NCBI GenBank assembly: GCA_963792965.1
Contig: CAWBYW010000004.1
Coordinates: 192,001-256,000, forward strand
Source: an uncultured delta proteobacterium
GTDB lineage: Bacteria; Desulfobacterota; Zymogenia; Zymogenales; Zymogenaceae
DNA length: 64,000 nucleotides
Reading direction: 5' to 3'
A program made the position numbers and the translations under genes. The notes under the pieces are model-generated. The model was not told the DNA's origin and ran no database searches. It was given only the letters and a program-made list of their open reading frames with translations. Positions 1 through 9,184 of the stretch are shown here, piece by piece; within the stretch, counting starts at the first letter, position 1, and the number at the start of each line of letters is the position of its first letter.

Positions 1-139
1 TGATGAGCCCGATGGAGGTAAAAGAGAGGCCGAACGTCCGCATGTAGAGGATATTAAATCCCGTAAAATAGGTGATGAGCATACCCTCGAGAAAGTAGAC
101 GAGGCCGTAAAAGCCGCCAAAAAGGTATTTGTTTTCCAT
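1..139 (-). CDS. MFS transporter (AmpG-like), N-terminal part; truncated by the window edge
   Basis: Manual translation from ATG at 139: MENKYLFGGFYGLVYFLEGMLITYFTGFNILYMRTFGLSFTSIGLI, resembling MFS TM1-TM2 (YFxEG, GLSxxxIG). Confidence 0.6.
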   Translation of the reverse strand, partial: MENKYLFGGFYGLVYFLEGMLITYFTGFNILYMRTFGLSFTSIGLI

Positions 140-199
140 CCGCTGCCCCCTTTGTCCGTCGTCGACCCTACGGCGTCACTGCGGCGCCGTTGGTGACGT

Positions 200-229
200 A
201 AACAAGAAAGGCCCTCGCATCGAGGGCCT
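200..229 (-). terminator. Intrinsic terminator-like hairpin
   Basis: On the minus strand AGGCCCTCG-ATG-CGAGGGCCT is followed by TTCTTGTTT, just downstream of the gene ending at 265. Confidence 0.55.
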
Positions 230-264
230 GATTACCGAAATCATTGAAACATCCCCCTCTTTCC

Positions 265-989
265 CTATCCGTCTTTCTTTACCCACATTTCCCAGAGCGG
301 AACAAAGAAAAAGAAAAGGAAAGTAATGCCGAGGATACCGCCGCCCGCCACGATCAAATAGGCGAAGAAGACCGACGCCTTGGCCAGCCACCAGGAGACG
401 ACATCGGCCACGATGCCGAAATAGGCCAGGAATACGAGGGTGATCTTCCACCGATCCTTGACCCTGGTGGCAAGGAAGATCAACGAGAGGAGTAAGAACA
501 TCATACCGTGAGAGATGAGGTGGGTATGAGAAAGGGATGCAAGGCGAGCGGAGGAACGCCGGTGGAGATCTCCACGTATTTCATCACCTCGTCAAAGGAC
601 GTGAGGGGCGAGTTCGCCTCGGGCCCGTCTTTGCTGTGGCACATGACGCAGCTCTTCTTCAGGATGGGGGAGACGACCGTCTCGTATTCCTCCTTGGTAG
701 CGCCGGCTCTGATCCAGCCGATGACTGCGTCCCGGTCCGTTTCGGAGGCGTAGTAGGTGGCCATAGATCCCGGCGCTCTTGGCTTCGAGGATGGTGCTCT
801 CCCTGTCGCCGCAATAGGTCACGATGATGTCGTCTCATCGAAAGGCCGGGCATCTTGTCTGCGTCCTTATGGGTGAGGTAGAGGGTGTAGAGTGAAAAGA
901 TGTAGCCCAGGCCTAATGGTGAGGAGGAAGAGGGTGATGAGCACCTTTGCCGGTACTCCGAGCTTCGAGAGTCCTTTTTCAAACAACAT
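265..989 (-). CDS. Membrane protein with a single CxxCH haem-c motif; split by several frameshifts
   Basis: Joined from frames: MLFEKGLSKLGVPAKVLITLFLLT / GLGYIFSLYTLYLTH / ...SCVMCHSKDG... / HTHLISHGMMFLLLSLIF plus three C-terminal hydrophobic helices. Confidence 0.55.
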
Positions 990-1140
990 GTAATCGTCCC
1001 TTCAGTAATAAGATGACAGATTTCTTAGGGAATCGGCCGAGGCCCAAGGACCTCCCGATATCCCTTCCGGGAGACTCCTGCCTTTGATATTCGAGAAAAA
1101 AGTACCGTCGCCGTCCGAACAGTGGGCCGCGCCGGGGTTT

Positions 1141-1387
1141 CTACCCGCCGCCGACGACGTTGAGGATCTTGATCTCATCGCCATCGGAGAGCTTCTGGTC
1201 CGGTGTTACCCGGCTCCCGTTGATCATGACGACGATCGGGATATCAATCCCAAGGGCGCCGGCTTTCCGGAGGACCTTTTTCAGCTTATCGCCCTCGGCC
1301 ACCTCGTAGGTGCCCGCCTTGACGTGCTGGGCGACGATGCCGTAGGGCTTTACGGTCACCGAGATCTTTTTTGTACTCGAAAAACAT
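1141..1387 (-). CDS. MoaD/ThiS-family ubiquitin-like sulfur carrier
   Basis: About 80 aa with VMING...LSDGDEIKILNVVGGG and a C-terminal GG. The likely ATG at 1387 is out of frame by one T in a T-run. Confidence 0.75.
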
Positions 1388-1538
1388 CCTGATCCTACCC
1401 CTACCCGAAGTGAACGGTTCACGCCAAATCGGCTCCTGACTCGTCCGTCTCTTCGAGAAAAAACTGATGCACCATACCATATGTGCCCGGAGATGGCAAG
1501 GGCGAGGTCATTTTTTTCTCACGGCCGAGGAATAGACG

Positions 1539-3717
1539 CTACGGCTTGAGGGTCTTATACCTCCCGCTCTGCCAGGCCTTTATATCGGAGGTGTAGTAGG
1601 GCGAATACCTCCGGTCCGACGGTCCGCCGGCGATGTTCGTATGGACGGCGGTCTCACCGAGGTCGGCTATCAGCCGGAAGGAGGGCGCAAAGCTCGTCTG
1701 TCTTCCGGCTATCTTGAAAATCTGTCCCTGAACGATGGTGGCGCGGTTGCCCGGCAGCTCTATCGGGCCGAAGTCGAAGCCGAGGATGCGGGGGAGCTTT
1801 CCGCCGAAGAAAAGATTTGCCATGAGGACCTTGTGGACCTTACCGTACGGGACGGTGGGTTTCTTGAGGGCGCGCTCGATGGCCGTTCGGTAGATCTCTT
1901 CCCGCGTCTTGTCCCCGAACCATTTCGATTTGCTTGCAAGGAGGATACGGTCAAAATTGTCTGAAAAAGTCGTTGAAGAGCCCCGTATCGGCGTACGTGT
2001 GGTCGATCACGCGTCTGCCCATGCCGAGGTCGCCGAAGACGAGCCGCAAGAGCTCTTCGTAGACCCGCTCAAAGAGGGTCGCGCCCTCGGACTTCGTATC
2101 GTAGCAGAGGTCCCAGTCGCGGAGGATCTTTCCATTTCCCGTATCGGGAGTTAGGGGCCCGATGATCTTCATGAAGAGCTCGGCCTGGCGCGAATAGAGG
2201 TCATACTGGATCTTCTTCATCGCCTCCACGTCGAGGAGCTTCGTCTTCTTCAGCAGGTCCCTGATCCGGTCGCCACGGTAGCTCCCCATCGGGAGGCTCT
2301 GGACGACGACCTTGGAGATATGCGAGAAATCCTCGTTGGCGGTGGCGATATAGCCCTCCTTGGGGTTATAGACGCGGGGGTAGCTCGTCGGCGGCACGAT
2401 GCCCTTCCACTGATCGCCCTTCTCCCACCCGAGATACGGGAGCAGCCCCGACGTCCCCTTTTTCTTTTTCGGAAAGCTCCCGCTCATCTGGTAGCCGATG
2501 TTTCCGGCAATATCCGCAGCCACCCAGTTGAAGGCCGCAAACGTGAGCCCCGCAAAGCATCCCATCGCCTCCTTCACGTTCTTAGTCTTGGGGATCTTCA
2601 GGATACTGTCCATGGACTCGGCCGCTGTGCCGCGGCGGGAAGACCAGGCAAACGAGAGCCAGTAGCCGTCTTTGTCCGGTTCCCCCTCGAGCACGCCGTT
2701 TTCGCTCTCGTAGAATTTCAGCGTGACGGGGGCCTTCTTCTTGGGCCGGATGATCTCCTCGCGTACGGTAAAGGGCATTCGCTTTTTCCCGCGCAGGCAT
2801 TTCTTGTCTTTTACGTCCTCGATAAAATAGTCGATCGTGTCCATGAAGCCGTAGGTGACCGACCAGGCAACGTTATTCGAGCGCCCCAGCACGAGGGCCG
2901 GGATGCCCGGCAGGGTGGCGCCGGCCATAAAGAAATCGCCCGAAACCATCACTGCCTCGTACCAGACGGCCGGGAGCCGGCTGACCTCGAGGTGGGGGTC
3001 ACCGCAGAGGATGGCCTTCTTCGATCTGGACCTTTCGGGCGAGACCGCCCAGTTGTTACTCGCAGAAAAGCGCGTGAGATTCGTGAGCCACTTTACCGAC
3101 TCGGGCACGATGGGGCTCGTGAGGTTGACCTTCTTAATGATGTCGACGAGCTCTTTTTTCGGCCGCTCCATCGGGGGCAAGAGCTCCATAATCTTGGGTA
3201 TGGGGACGCCCTCCCTGATCATCTGGATGACGAACTTTTCCATGTCGCCCTGGGACTGGGTCAGGCCGATAAAGCCGATGATCCTGGCCATGAGGACGAT
3301 ATCCTCCGGCGTCCAGGGGTCCGGCTTGTAGCCGGCGAGCTTGAACTCAAACGGCACCCCGGCATCGGCAACGCCCTTGTTGACGCCGGCGCAGTAGGCG
3401 TCGATGATCGCCCGGGTCCCTTTGCCGAGCTTCTTGACCTCCTCTTTCGCGTCGCCGCCCAGCGATATCCAGCGCATGTATTTGTCCACGGCGATCAGCT
3501 CGTCGTCCCCCGCGAGCTTTTCGGAGGCCCGGCCCTGGCCGATGAGCTTGACGAGCCACATGGCAAGCTGCCGGTCGGTGCCGTGCATGTAGCCGAGCCC
3601 CCAGTAGAGATCGATCTCATAGTCGGCCCGGATGTGGGGCACACCGCCCGCAACCCGCTTGATGACGACGCTCCCTTTGGTGCCTCTGAGGACGGTTTCG
3701 GTATCGGTTATCTTCAT
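1539..3717 (-). CDS. Penicillin acylase family Ntn-hydrolase (one frameshift near 1965)
   Basis: GVPHIRA, GY-HG-DR, catalytic beta-chain start SNNWAV, DPHL and ATANE motifs. Removing one T at about 1965 joins ORF 1951..3762 to ORF 1539..1823. Confidence 0.88.
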
Positions 3718-3876
3718 AATGACTCCGTGTGATATAGTTATCAATGCCCGTATATGTAGCACTAAGCCGTTCCCATTTCAAGGAAAAATGGCTGCTCTTG
3801 CCGATTTGCCTCTCAGGTATTCACGTTGGGTGCCTCCAGAGCGGGGCGTCGTTGTCTACTCTATTGCGCCGGGTCA

Positions 3877-3905
3877 TTGACATTTCTTCCACGCGCGGGT
3901 ATCGT
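3877..3905 (+). promoter_or_regulatory. sigma70-type promoter of the first SDR
   Basis: TTGACA-17 nt-TATCGT. Confidence 0.5.
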
Positions 3906-3966
3906 ATATATCACTTCCTGCGCAAAGTCATGCCTTCGGTTTACCAGTACCTTCTACGAGGGACTT

Positions 3967-4797
3967 ATGAAGAAGCACGATTTTTCCGGCGAGAAGGTCC
4001 TCATCACCGGCGCGTCGACCGGTATCGGGAGGGCGCTGGCGGTCGAGTTCGCCAAGCGGGGCGCGCTCCTCGCCCTCAACGCCCTGCCGAAAGAAGAAGG
4101 GCTCTTAGTGGGACTCGCGGACGAGCTGAAGCGAGCCTACGGCACGAAAACGACACTCTTTGGTCTCGATCTCCTCTCCCTGGGCGCGCCGGAAAGGCTC
4201 TACCGTGCCGTCTCAAAGAAATTCGGGGTGCCCTACGCGCTGGTCAACAACGCCGGCACCATCGCCTACGGGCGGGTCTGGGAGACGCCGCTCGAAGTCC
4301 AGATGAGGATCTACCGCCTCAACCTCGAAGTTCCGCTGGCCCTCATGCGCCTCTTTATCCCCGATATGGTCGGAGAGAAAAGGGGCGTCGTCTTCAACAC
4401 GGGGAGCCTCTCGGCATTCCAGCCCACGCCGTTTCACGCCGTCTACGGGAGCGCGAAGGCGGGCCTCCAGATGCTGTCGGAGGCGATCCGCGCGGAGCTT
4501 TCCGGCACCGGCGTCTCCGTCTGCACATTCAATCCTCCCTATACCGACACGGCGCTGCTGCGCGCCAAGGGTTTCCCCAAACAGGTGCGCTGGTACACGC
4601 TGGGAGGAGGGCTCAAGACGCCCGAATGGGTTGCACACAAGGCGATACGCGCCTTTGAAAAAGATAAGATGCTCTACGTGCCGGGGCTGCTGCCGAAGTT
4701 TGTGCACCTCTTCCTTAATCGCTTCGCACCACGCCGGGTCATCGACCTGGTCGGGTATTGGAGCCTCCAGGGAAAGAGGGGAGGCGAAACCTATTGA
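3967..4797 (+). CDS. Short-chain dehydrogenase/reductase
   Basis: TGASTGIG, NNAG and YGSAK motifs; RBS GAGG before the ATG. Confidence 0.9.
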   Translation: MKKHDFSGEKVLITGASTGIGRALAVEFAKRGALLALNALPKEEGLLVGLADELKRAYGTKTTLFGLDLLSLGAPERLYRAVSKKFGVPYALVNNAGTIAYGRVWETPLEVQMRIYRLNLEVPLALMRLFIPDMVGEKRGVVFNTGSLSAFQPTPFHAVYGSAKAGLQMLSEAIRAELSGTGVSVCTFNPPYTDTALLRAKGFPKQVRWYTLGGGLKTPEWVAHKAIRAFEKDKMLYVPGLLPKFVHLFLNRFAPRRVIDLVGYWSLQGKRGGETY

Positions 4798-4839
4798 GCC
4801 TGACGAGACCTTGCCGATGATGGGGGACAAGCAATCTGA

Positions 4840-4868
4840 TTGACTTTTTGTCCTGCTTTGACTATCCT
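4840..4868 (+). promoter_or_regulatory. sigma70-type promoter of the second SDR
   Basis: TTGACT-17 nt-TATCCT. Confidence 0.45.
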
Positions 4869-4928
4869 CACCGTATGCATCGGGTGGCCGAGAGCCCATT
4901 ACTCCTCTATTTTTTGCGCGAGGGACTG

Positions 4929-5757
4929 ATGAAGAAACATGATTTCAGAGACAAGAAGGTGCTGATCACAGGGGCCGCGGGCGGAATCGGGAGCGCCCTG
5001 TCGGAAGAATTTGCCAAGCGGGGGGCCCAATTAGCGCTCTGCGGGCTTCCGGCGGAAAAGAAAAAGCTCACGGAGATGGCCGCACGGTTCAAAAAAGAAT
5101 ACGGAACCACAACCTGGCTCTTCCCCCTTGACCTCGCGGCCAAGGGCGGGCCGGACAAGCTCCACAGTGCGGTCAAGAAGAAGGTCGGCGATGTGTACGC
5201 GGTCGTCAACAATGCGGGTGCGGTCGCCTACGGGAGAGTCTGGGAGCTTCCCTGGGGACCCCAGGAGAAGACGCTGACGGTGAACCTCGCCGTCCCCCTC
5301 AGGATGATGTACCTCTTCATCCCGGACATGGTGAAGCGCGGCTCAGGCGTGATCTTCAACACCGCCTCCGTCCAGGCCTTCCAGCCCACCCCCTATCATA
5401 CCGTCTACTGCGCCACCAAGGCGGGCCTCCAGATGCTGTCGGAGGGTATCAGGGCCGAGCTGATCGGCACGGGCGTCTCTGGTCTGCACCCTCAATCCCC
5501 CCTACACCGACACGGCCATGCTCAGGACCAAGGGGTTTCCGAAGCAGATCCGTTTCTATAAGATCAGCGGGATCAAGGACCCGCGGTGGGTGGCGAAAAA
5601 GGCCTTACGCGCCTTCGAAAAGGACAAGTTCCTCTATGTCCCCGGCCTCTGGGCAAAGTTCATCCACCTCGTTGTCATCCGCTTCTCGCCCCGGCGGCTC
5701 GTGGACTACGTGACCTATCACCTCCTGAAGGGAACCAAGAAAGCGGGGACGTACTGA
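4929..5757 (+). CDS. Short-chain dehydrogenase/reductase, tandem paralog (frameshift near 5481)
   Basis: TGAAGGIG, NNAG, YCATK; colinear with the upstream SDR. An extra G at about 5481 splits ORFs 4848..5561 and 5518..5757. Confidence 0.88.
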
Positions 5758-5866
5758 AGAGAGACGGCTTTGAGGGGCGGCGGATCTCATTCCGAGGCCG
5801 CTCTCGGCGCGGCGCGGGGGGACTGAGACCGCGTGCGGCGTATGTCCCTCTCAGGTGAGGAGTGGG

Positions 5867-8800
5867 TCACCTGGGTTCAAAGAAGACGATCTTGGGGTCG
5901 GACATGATTCCGGATGGGGTCGGATTTCCGAGCAGGTTTTCAGCGGTGTTGGAGACCGAAATCTCGATGATATTTTCCCCGGCCGAGAGCCGGCCGGTGA
6001 GGTCAAAACGATAGGGGGGCCACATCCGCACGCCCAGGTCATGCCCGTTGAGCGTCACGCGCGCGGTCTCGTGCACCTGTCCAAGGTCAAGCACTCCTCT
6101 CTTCCCGGCGTATCGTTTCGGGAGCGTGAAGCGGCACCGATAGGTGACGGTGCCGCTGTAGTTTCCCGTTCCCTTTCTTCCCCACGAAAGGTGCCGCGTG
6201 GCCTCCCTCCTCGGCGTGATAACGCCCTTTTCGACATAGAAATCCCCGAGGATTACCAGCGGCTCCACCGAGTGAAGCGCGGGTAGCATCGTTGGAAATG
6301 AGGGCTGGCGCGACGTGATCCTGACGCGGTTGGTGCCCAGCCTGAGATAGTTCGGCAGGCTCACCCTCCGGTTCTTTCGATCCCAGAGGAAGTATTTTTC
6401 GCCCCTGCTGGTGACGAGCCGGCCGTTGACGGAGATCTCCAGCGGCTCCCCCGCATCCTCCCAGACAAGTGATATCCGGTTCGGAATATGTTTGGTCTTG
6501 AACGTCGACTCGATCACGTACCGGGCGCCCTCCGGCGGCAGAGAAGTCGAAAGGTAGAGGCCCATGAAGCGGGCGGCATCCTTGATCAGTTCGAATTTCT
6601 GATAGTATCCCTGTCCGGAGAGGTGCAGCCCCATGAGTCGCGCCGAAAAGAGGGCAAAGCGCATCTCCTCTTCGATGGAGCCGAATGGGCGGTATCGGAT
6701 TCTCTTGCGCGTTCCGAATACCCTACCTATTGACTGAATGAGCGCGCGAACGACGGCGATCTTAATCTTCGCGGCGACGGAGAAACGGTTGTCCCCTAAG
6801 AGGTCGCCAAGGGAGGGGAATGAGATCGGTGGAGACGACCGGATGATTCGAAAGTTCCCGACCCTGAGCATGTTGTCTTTCCGATAGGTCATCTCCCATG
6901 AGCAGGGGAAGTAGAACTCGCCTATCTTCCGCTCGGGCAGGAACGGGAGACTGGATTCGGTATCGGAGTATTCGGCATGGATGACGTAGAACCTCGACTC
7001 ACCCGGCTCAAAGCGAACGGGGAACATCAGCTTCCCATCCGCGGTCTCGAAATCGGGGATGAGCGCCCGCGTGCCGCTTTCGGCGTCCCAGACCTCGGGG
7101 TTTCCGAGTCCCGAAAGGGTCATCTTTCCCTCGAAGGGCTCATCGCCGAGATAAGAAAAGAAGTAGATCTGTGCGCCGTGATAATTCCTCTGTTGATGGA
7201 TGAATCGGTCGGAGTTTTCGCCGACTAGAACGTGCCGCTTTGGGGCCGTTTTGCCGAGCATGTGGACGAGTTCCTTGATGTCCCTTACGAGGGGCGCACC
7301 GCAGGCGTCCAGAGGGAGATGGCTCATTCCGAGGGGATCGGGATAACCACCGATAAAGATAATCGATACGCCGTCTCGCCATGCGTTGCTGATGAATGAA
7401 GAGACGTGGTCGGGGATATGGGTCGCTCGGGGAACTATGACTGTCGAGTAGCGCCCATCCCCGATCGTCACGTGGCCGTCGGCGATGTGCGCAAGGCCCA
7501 GGCTCACCTCTTCCTCGAAGAGAAAATCGAAATCCCGCAGGTCCCCCAACAACCCATAGGTCAGGTCCTTGACGCACCGTACCGTCCGTTGTCCCTCTTC
7601 CGTGAGGCGGCCCTGTCCTATCGTGTTGACCCAGACGGAGGTGAGGGGAAACAACACGAGGAGCTCCGAGACCCGCTTTCCCACGGCCGTCATGAGGCTG
7701 ACGCGGGAGATATAGTCCGCCATGATCTTGAAGTCTTCCCAGAAGGGCTCCTCCCGATAATAGGAAGGTGGAAAGTCGCGCTTTCTGAGGCCGACCAGGG
7801 AAGAATAGACGCCGTGGGGGAAGAAGAGATTCGTGCCGAGGGCGGCCCCCCAGTCGATCGAGCGCTTGAGGGACGAAGGTCCCGCGCCCCACCCGGCTCC
7901 TTCCCACACCTCGGAGAGGGTGCGTCCCTGTTTTTTCGTCCGCGAGACGCTCGAGGCTATCTTCGGCGTAAAGTTCCCGAGGACTGAGGGGGGTTCTTCG
8001 AAGAGATAGCTCGTGCCCTCCCCGTGGTAATTTGTTCCCGGGATGTCCATCTCGCGGAAAGGAACGAAAGGACTCCCCTGGGTGTGGGCGACCCTCTCGA
8101 TGAAATCCTCACCGCCGACGTTGCCCGAAAAGGAAAGCCGGTTTTGCTGTGCCCACTTGCTGATCGCATGATAGTAATCTCCCGTGAGCCGCCTGATCAG
8201 GGAATAGTAGTCTGCCCGTATCCGTCGATAATCGCCCACGTCGTGGATGAGCGCGGGAAGGTAACGGACGAGGTCGTAGCCGAAGCGCTTCTGAAAAAGG
8301 TCGGCCATCCTTTCCGTCCAGGGGAACGGGCATTGGTTCTGTGGGGCGGGGCTGTAGACGCCGACAATCGTACCGGCGAAGTATTGTTTCAGGTGCGTCT
8401 CGAAGGAGCCGTAGACGATGTCCATGAAGCAGCGGACGGCGTCCGGATTCAGGATATCGAGGGTGCCTCTCCCTCTTTCGGCAAGCCAGGGGGCCGCCGC
8501 GCGGGAAAAAGTCGTTGCCGACATCTTTGCTGTGGATGCGATGAGACAGCGCGCGCCGTGGGGATCCGTTCCCACGAAAGATGCCTCATGCCCTTTCAGG
8601 GAGTAGGTCCCGAGGACGTGCTCGCCGGGTACGAGATGCCGCCCGACCCGAAACGAGATCCCTTCGGCACAAAAATCCGGCCTCTCGGCCAGGACGCGCC
8701 CCGCGGCCGTGCCGCTCGGCCAGTTGTAGTCGTCGGAAAGCCAGACGAGCAACGAGAGCCGGCCGGCCTTGCCGACGATCGCGGAGAGCCGTTTCCAATA

Positions 8801-9052
8801 CAATTTGGAGGCAAAAGGGACGGTGATGCCGGTCCTGGCCGCCAGCGCCACGCCGCCGAACCCCTTGTCCCGAAGCTCCACCAGGATTTCCTCGGTGACG
8901 TCCACATCCATGTCGTCGTTGAGGAAGACGAACGGGATGGGCTTGAACTCGGTCGGGGCGTCGGTGAAGGCGCGAAACAGCGCCCTGATCCTGTTTTTCG
9001 ATCCCCCGAGGATCGGTAGCCTCTTGTAGAGGCCCTTGTAATCGTTTTTCAT
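5867..9052 (-). CDS. Large glycoside hydrolase, GH106 (alpha-L-rhamnosidase)-like, with C-terminal galactose-binding-like domain
   Basis: PIPF..LN, DDYNWPSGTAAGRV, D.LNP.AV..F, DIPG, KRDFPPS, and C-terminal LDLGQVHETARV.LNG...G...WPPY motifs; 1061 aa. Confidence 0.72.
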   Translation of the reverse strand: MKNDYKGLYKRLPILGGSKNRIRALFRAFTDAPTEFKPIPFVFLNDDMDVDVTEEILVELRDKGFGGVALAARTGITVPFASKLYWKRLSAIVGKAGRLSLLVWLSDDYNWPSGTAAGRVLAERPDFCAEGISFRVGRHLVPGEHVLGTYSLKGHEASFVGTDPHGARCLIASTAKMSATTFSRAAAPWLAERGRGTLDILNPDAVRCFMDIVYGSFETHLKQYFAGTIVGVYSPAPQNQCPFPWTERMADLFQKRFGYDLVRYLPALIHDVGDYRRIRADYYSLIRRLTGDYYHAISKWAQQNRLSFSGNVGGEDFIERVAHTQGSPFVPFREMDIPGTNYHGEGTSYLFEEPPSVLGNFTPKIASSVSRTKKQGRTLSEVWEGAGWGAGPSSLKRSIDWGAALGTNLFFPHGVYSSLVGLRKRDFPPSYYREEPFWEDFKIMADYISRVSLMTAVGKRVSELLVLFPLTSVWVNTIGQGRLTEEGQRTVRCVKDLTYGLLGDLRDFDFLFEEEVSLGLAHIADGHVTIGDGRYSTVIVPRATHIPDHVSSFISNAWRDGVSIIFIGGYPDPLGMSHLPLDACGAPLVRDIKELVHMLGKTAPKRHVLVGENSDRFIHQQRNYHGAQIYFFSYLGDEPFEGKMTLSGLGNPEVWDAESGTRALIPDFETADGKLMFPVRFEPGESRFYVIHAEYSDTESSLPFLPERKIGEFYFPCSWEMTYRKDNMLRVGNFRIIRSSPPISFPSLGDLLGDNRFSVAAKIKIAVVRALIQSIGRVFGTRKRIRYRPFGSIEEEMRFALFSARLMGLHLSGQGYYQKFELIKDAARFMGLYLSTSLPPEGARYVIESTFKTKHIPNRISLVWEDAGEPLEISVNGRLVTSRGEKYFLWDRKNRRVSLPNYLRLGTNRVRITSRQPSFPTMLPALHSVEPLVILGDFYVEKGVITPRREATRHLSWGRKGTGNYSGTVTYRCRFTLPKRYAGKRGVLDLGQVHETARVTLNGHDLGVRMWPPYRFDLTGRLSAGENIIEISVSNTAENLLGNPTPSGIMSDPKIVFFEPR

Positions 9053-9184
9053 GGTGCCGCGGTTTTCGAACCCTTTCTTGGACTGCCCGGTTTCCGGTCA
9101 CTTACGACAGTGCTGACCGGCGTGCGCGCCGGCTATTGTCTTGCCGCGCCGACCATACACCGCGGCGGAAATCCCACTCATGCC

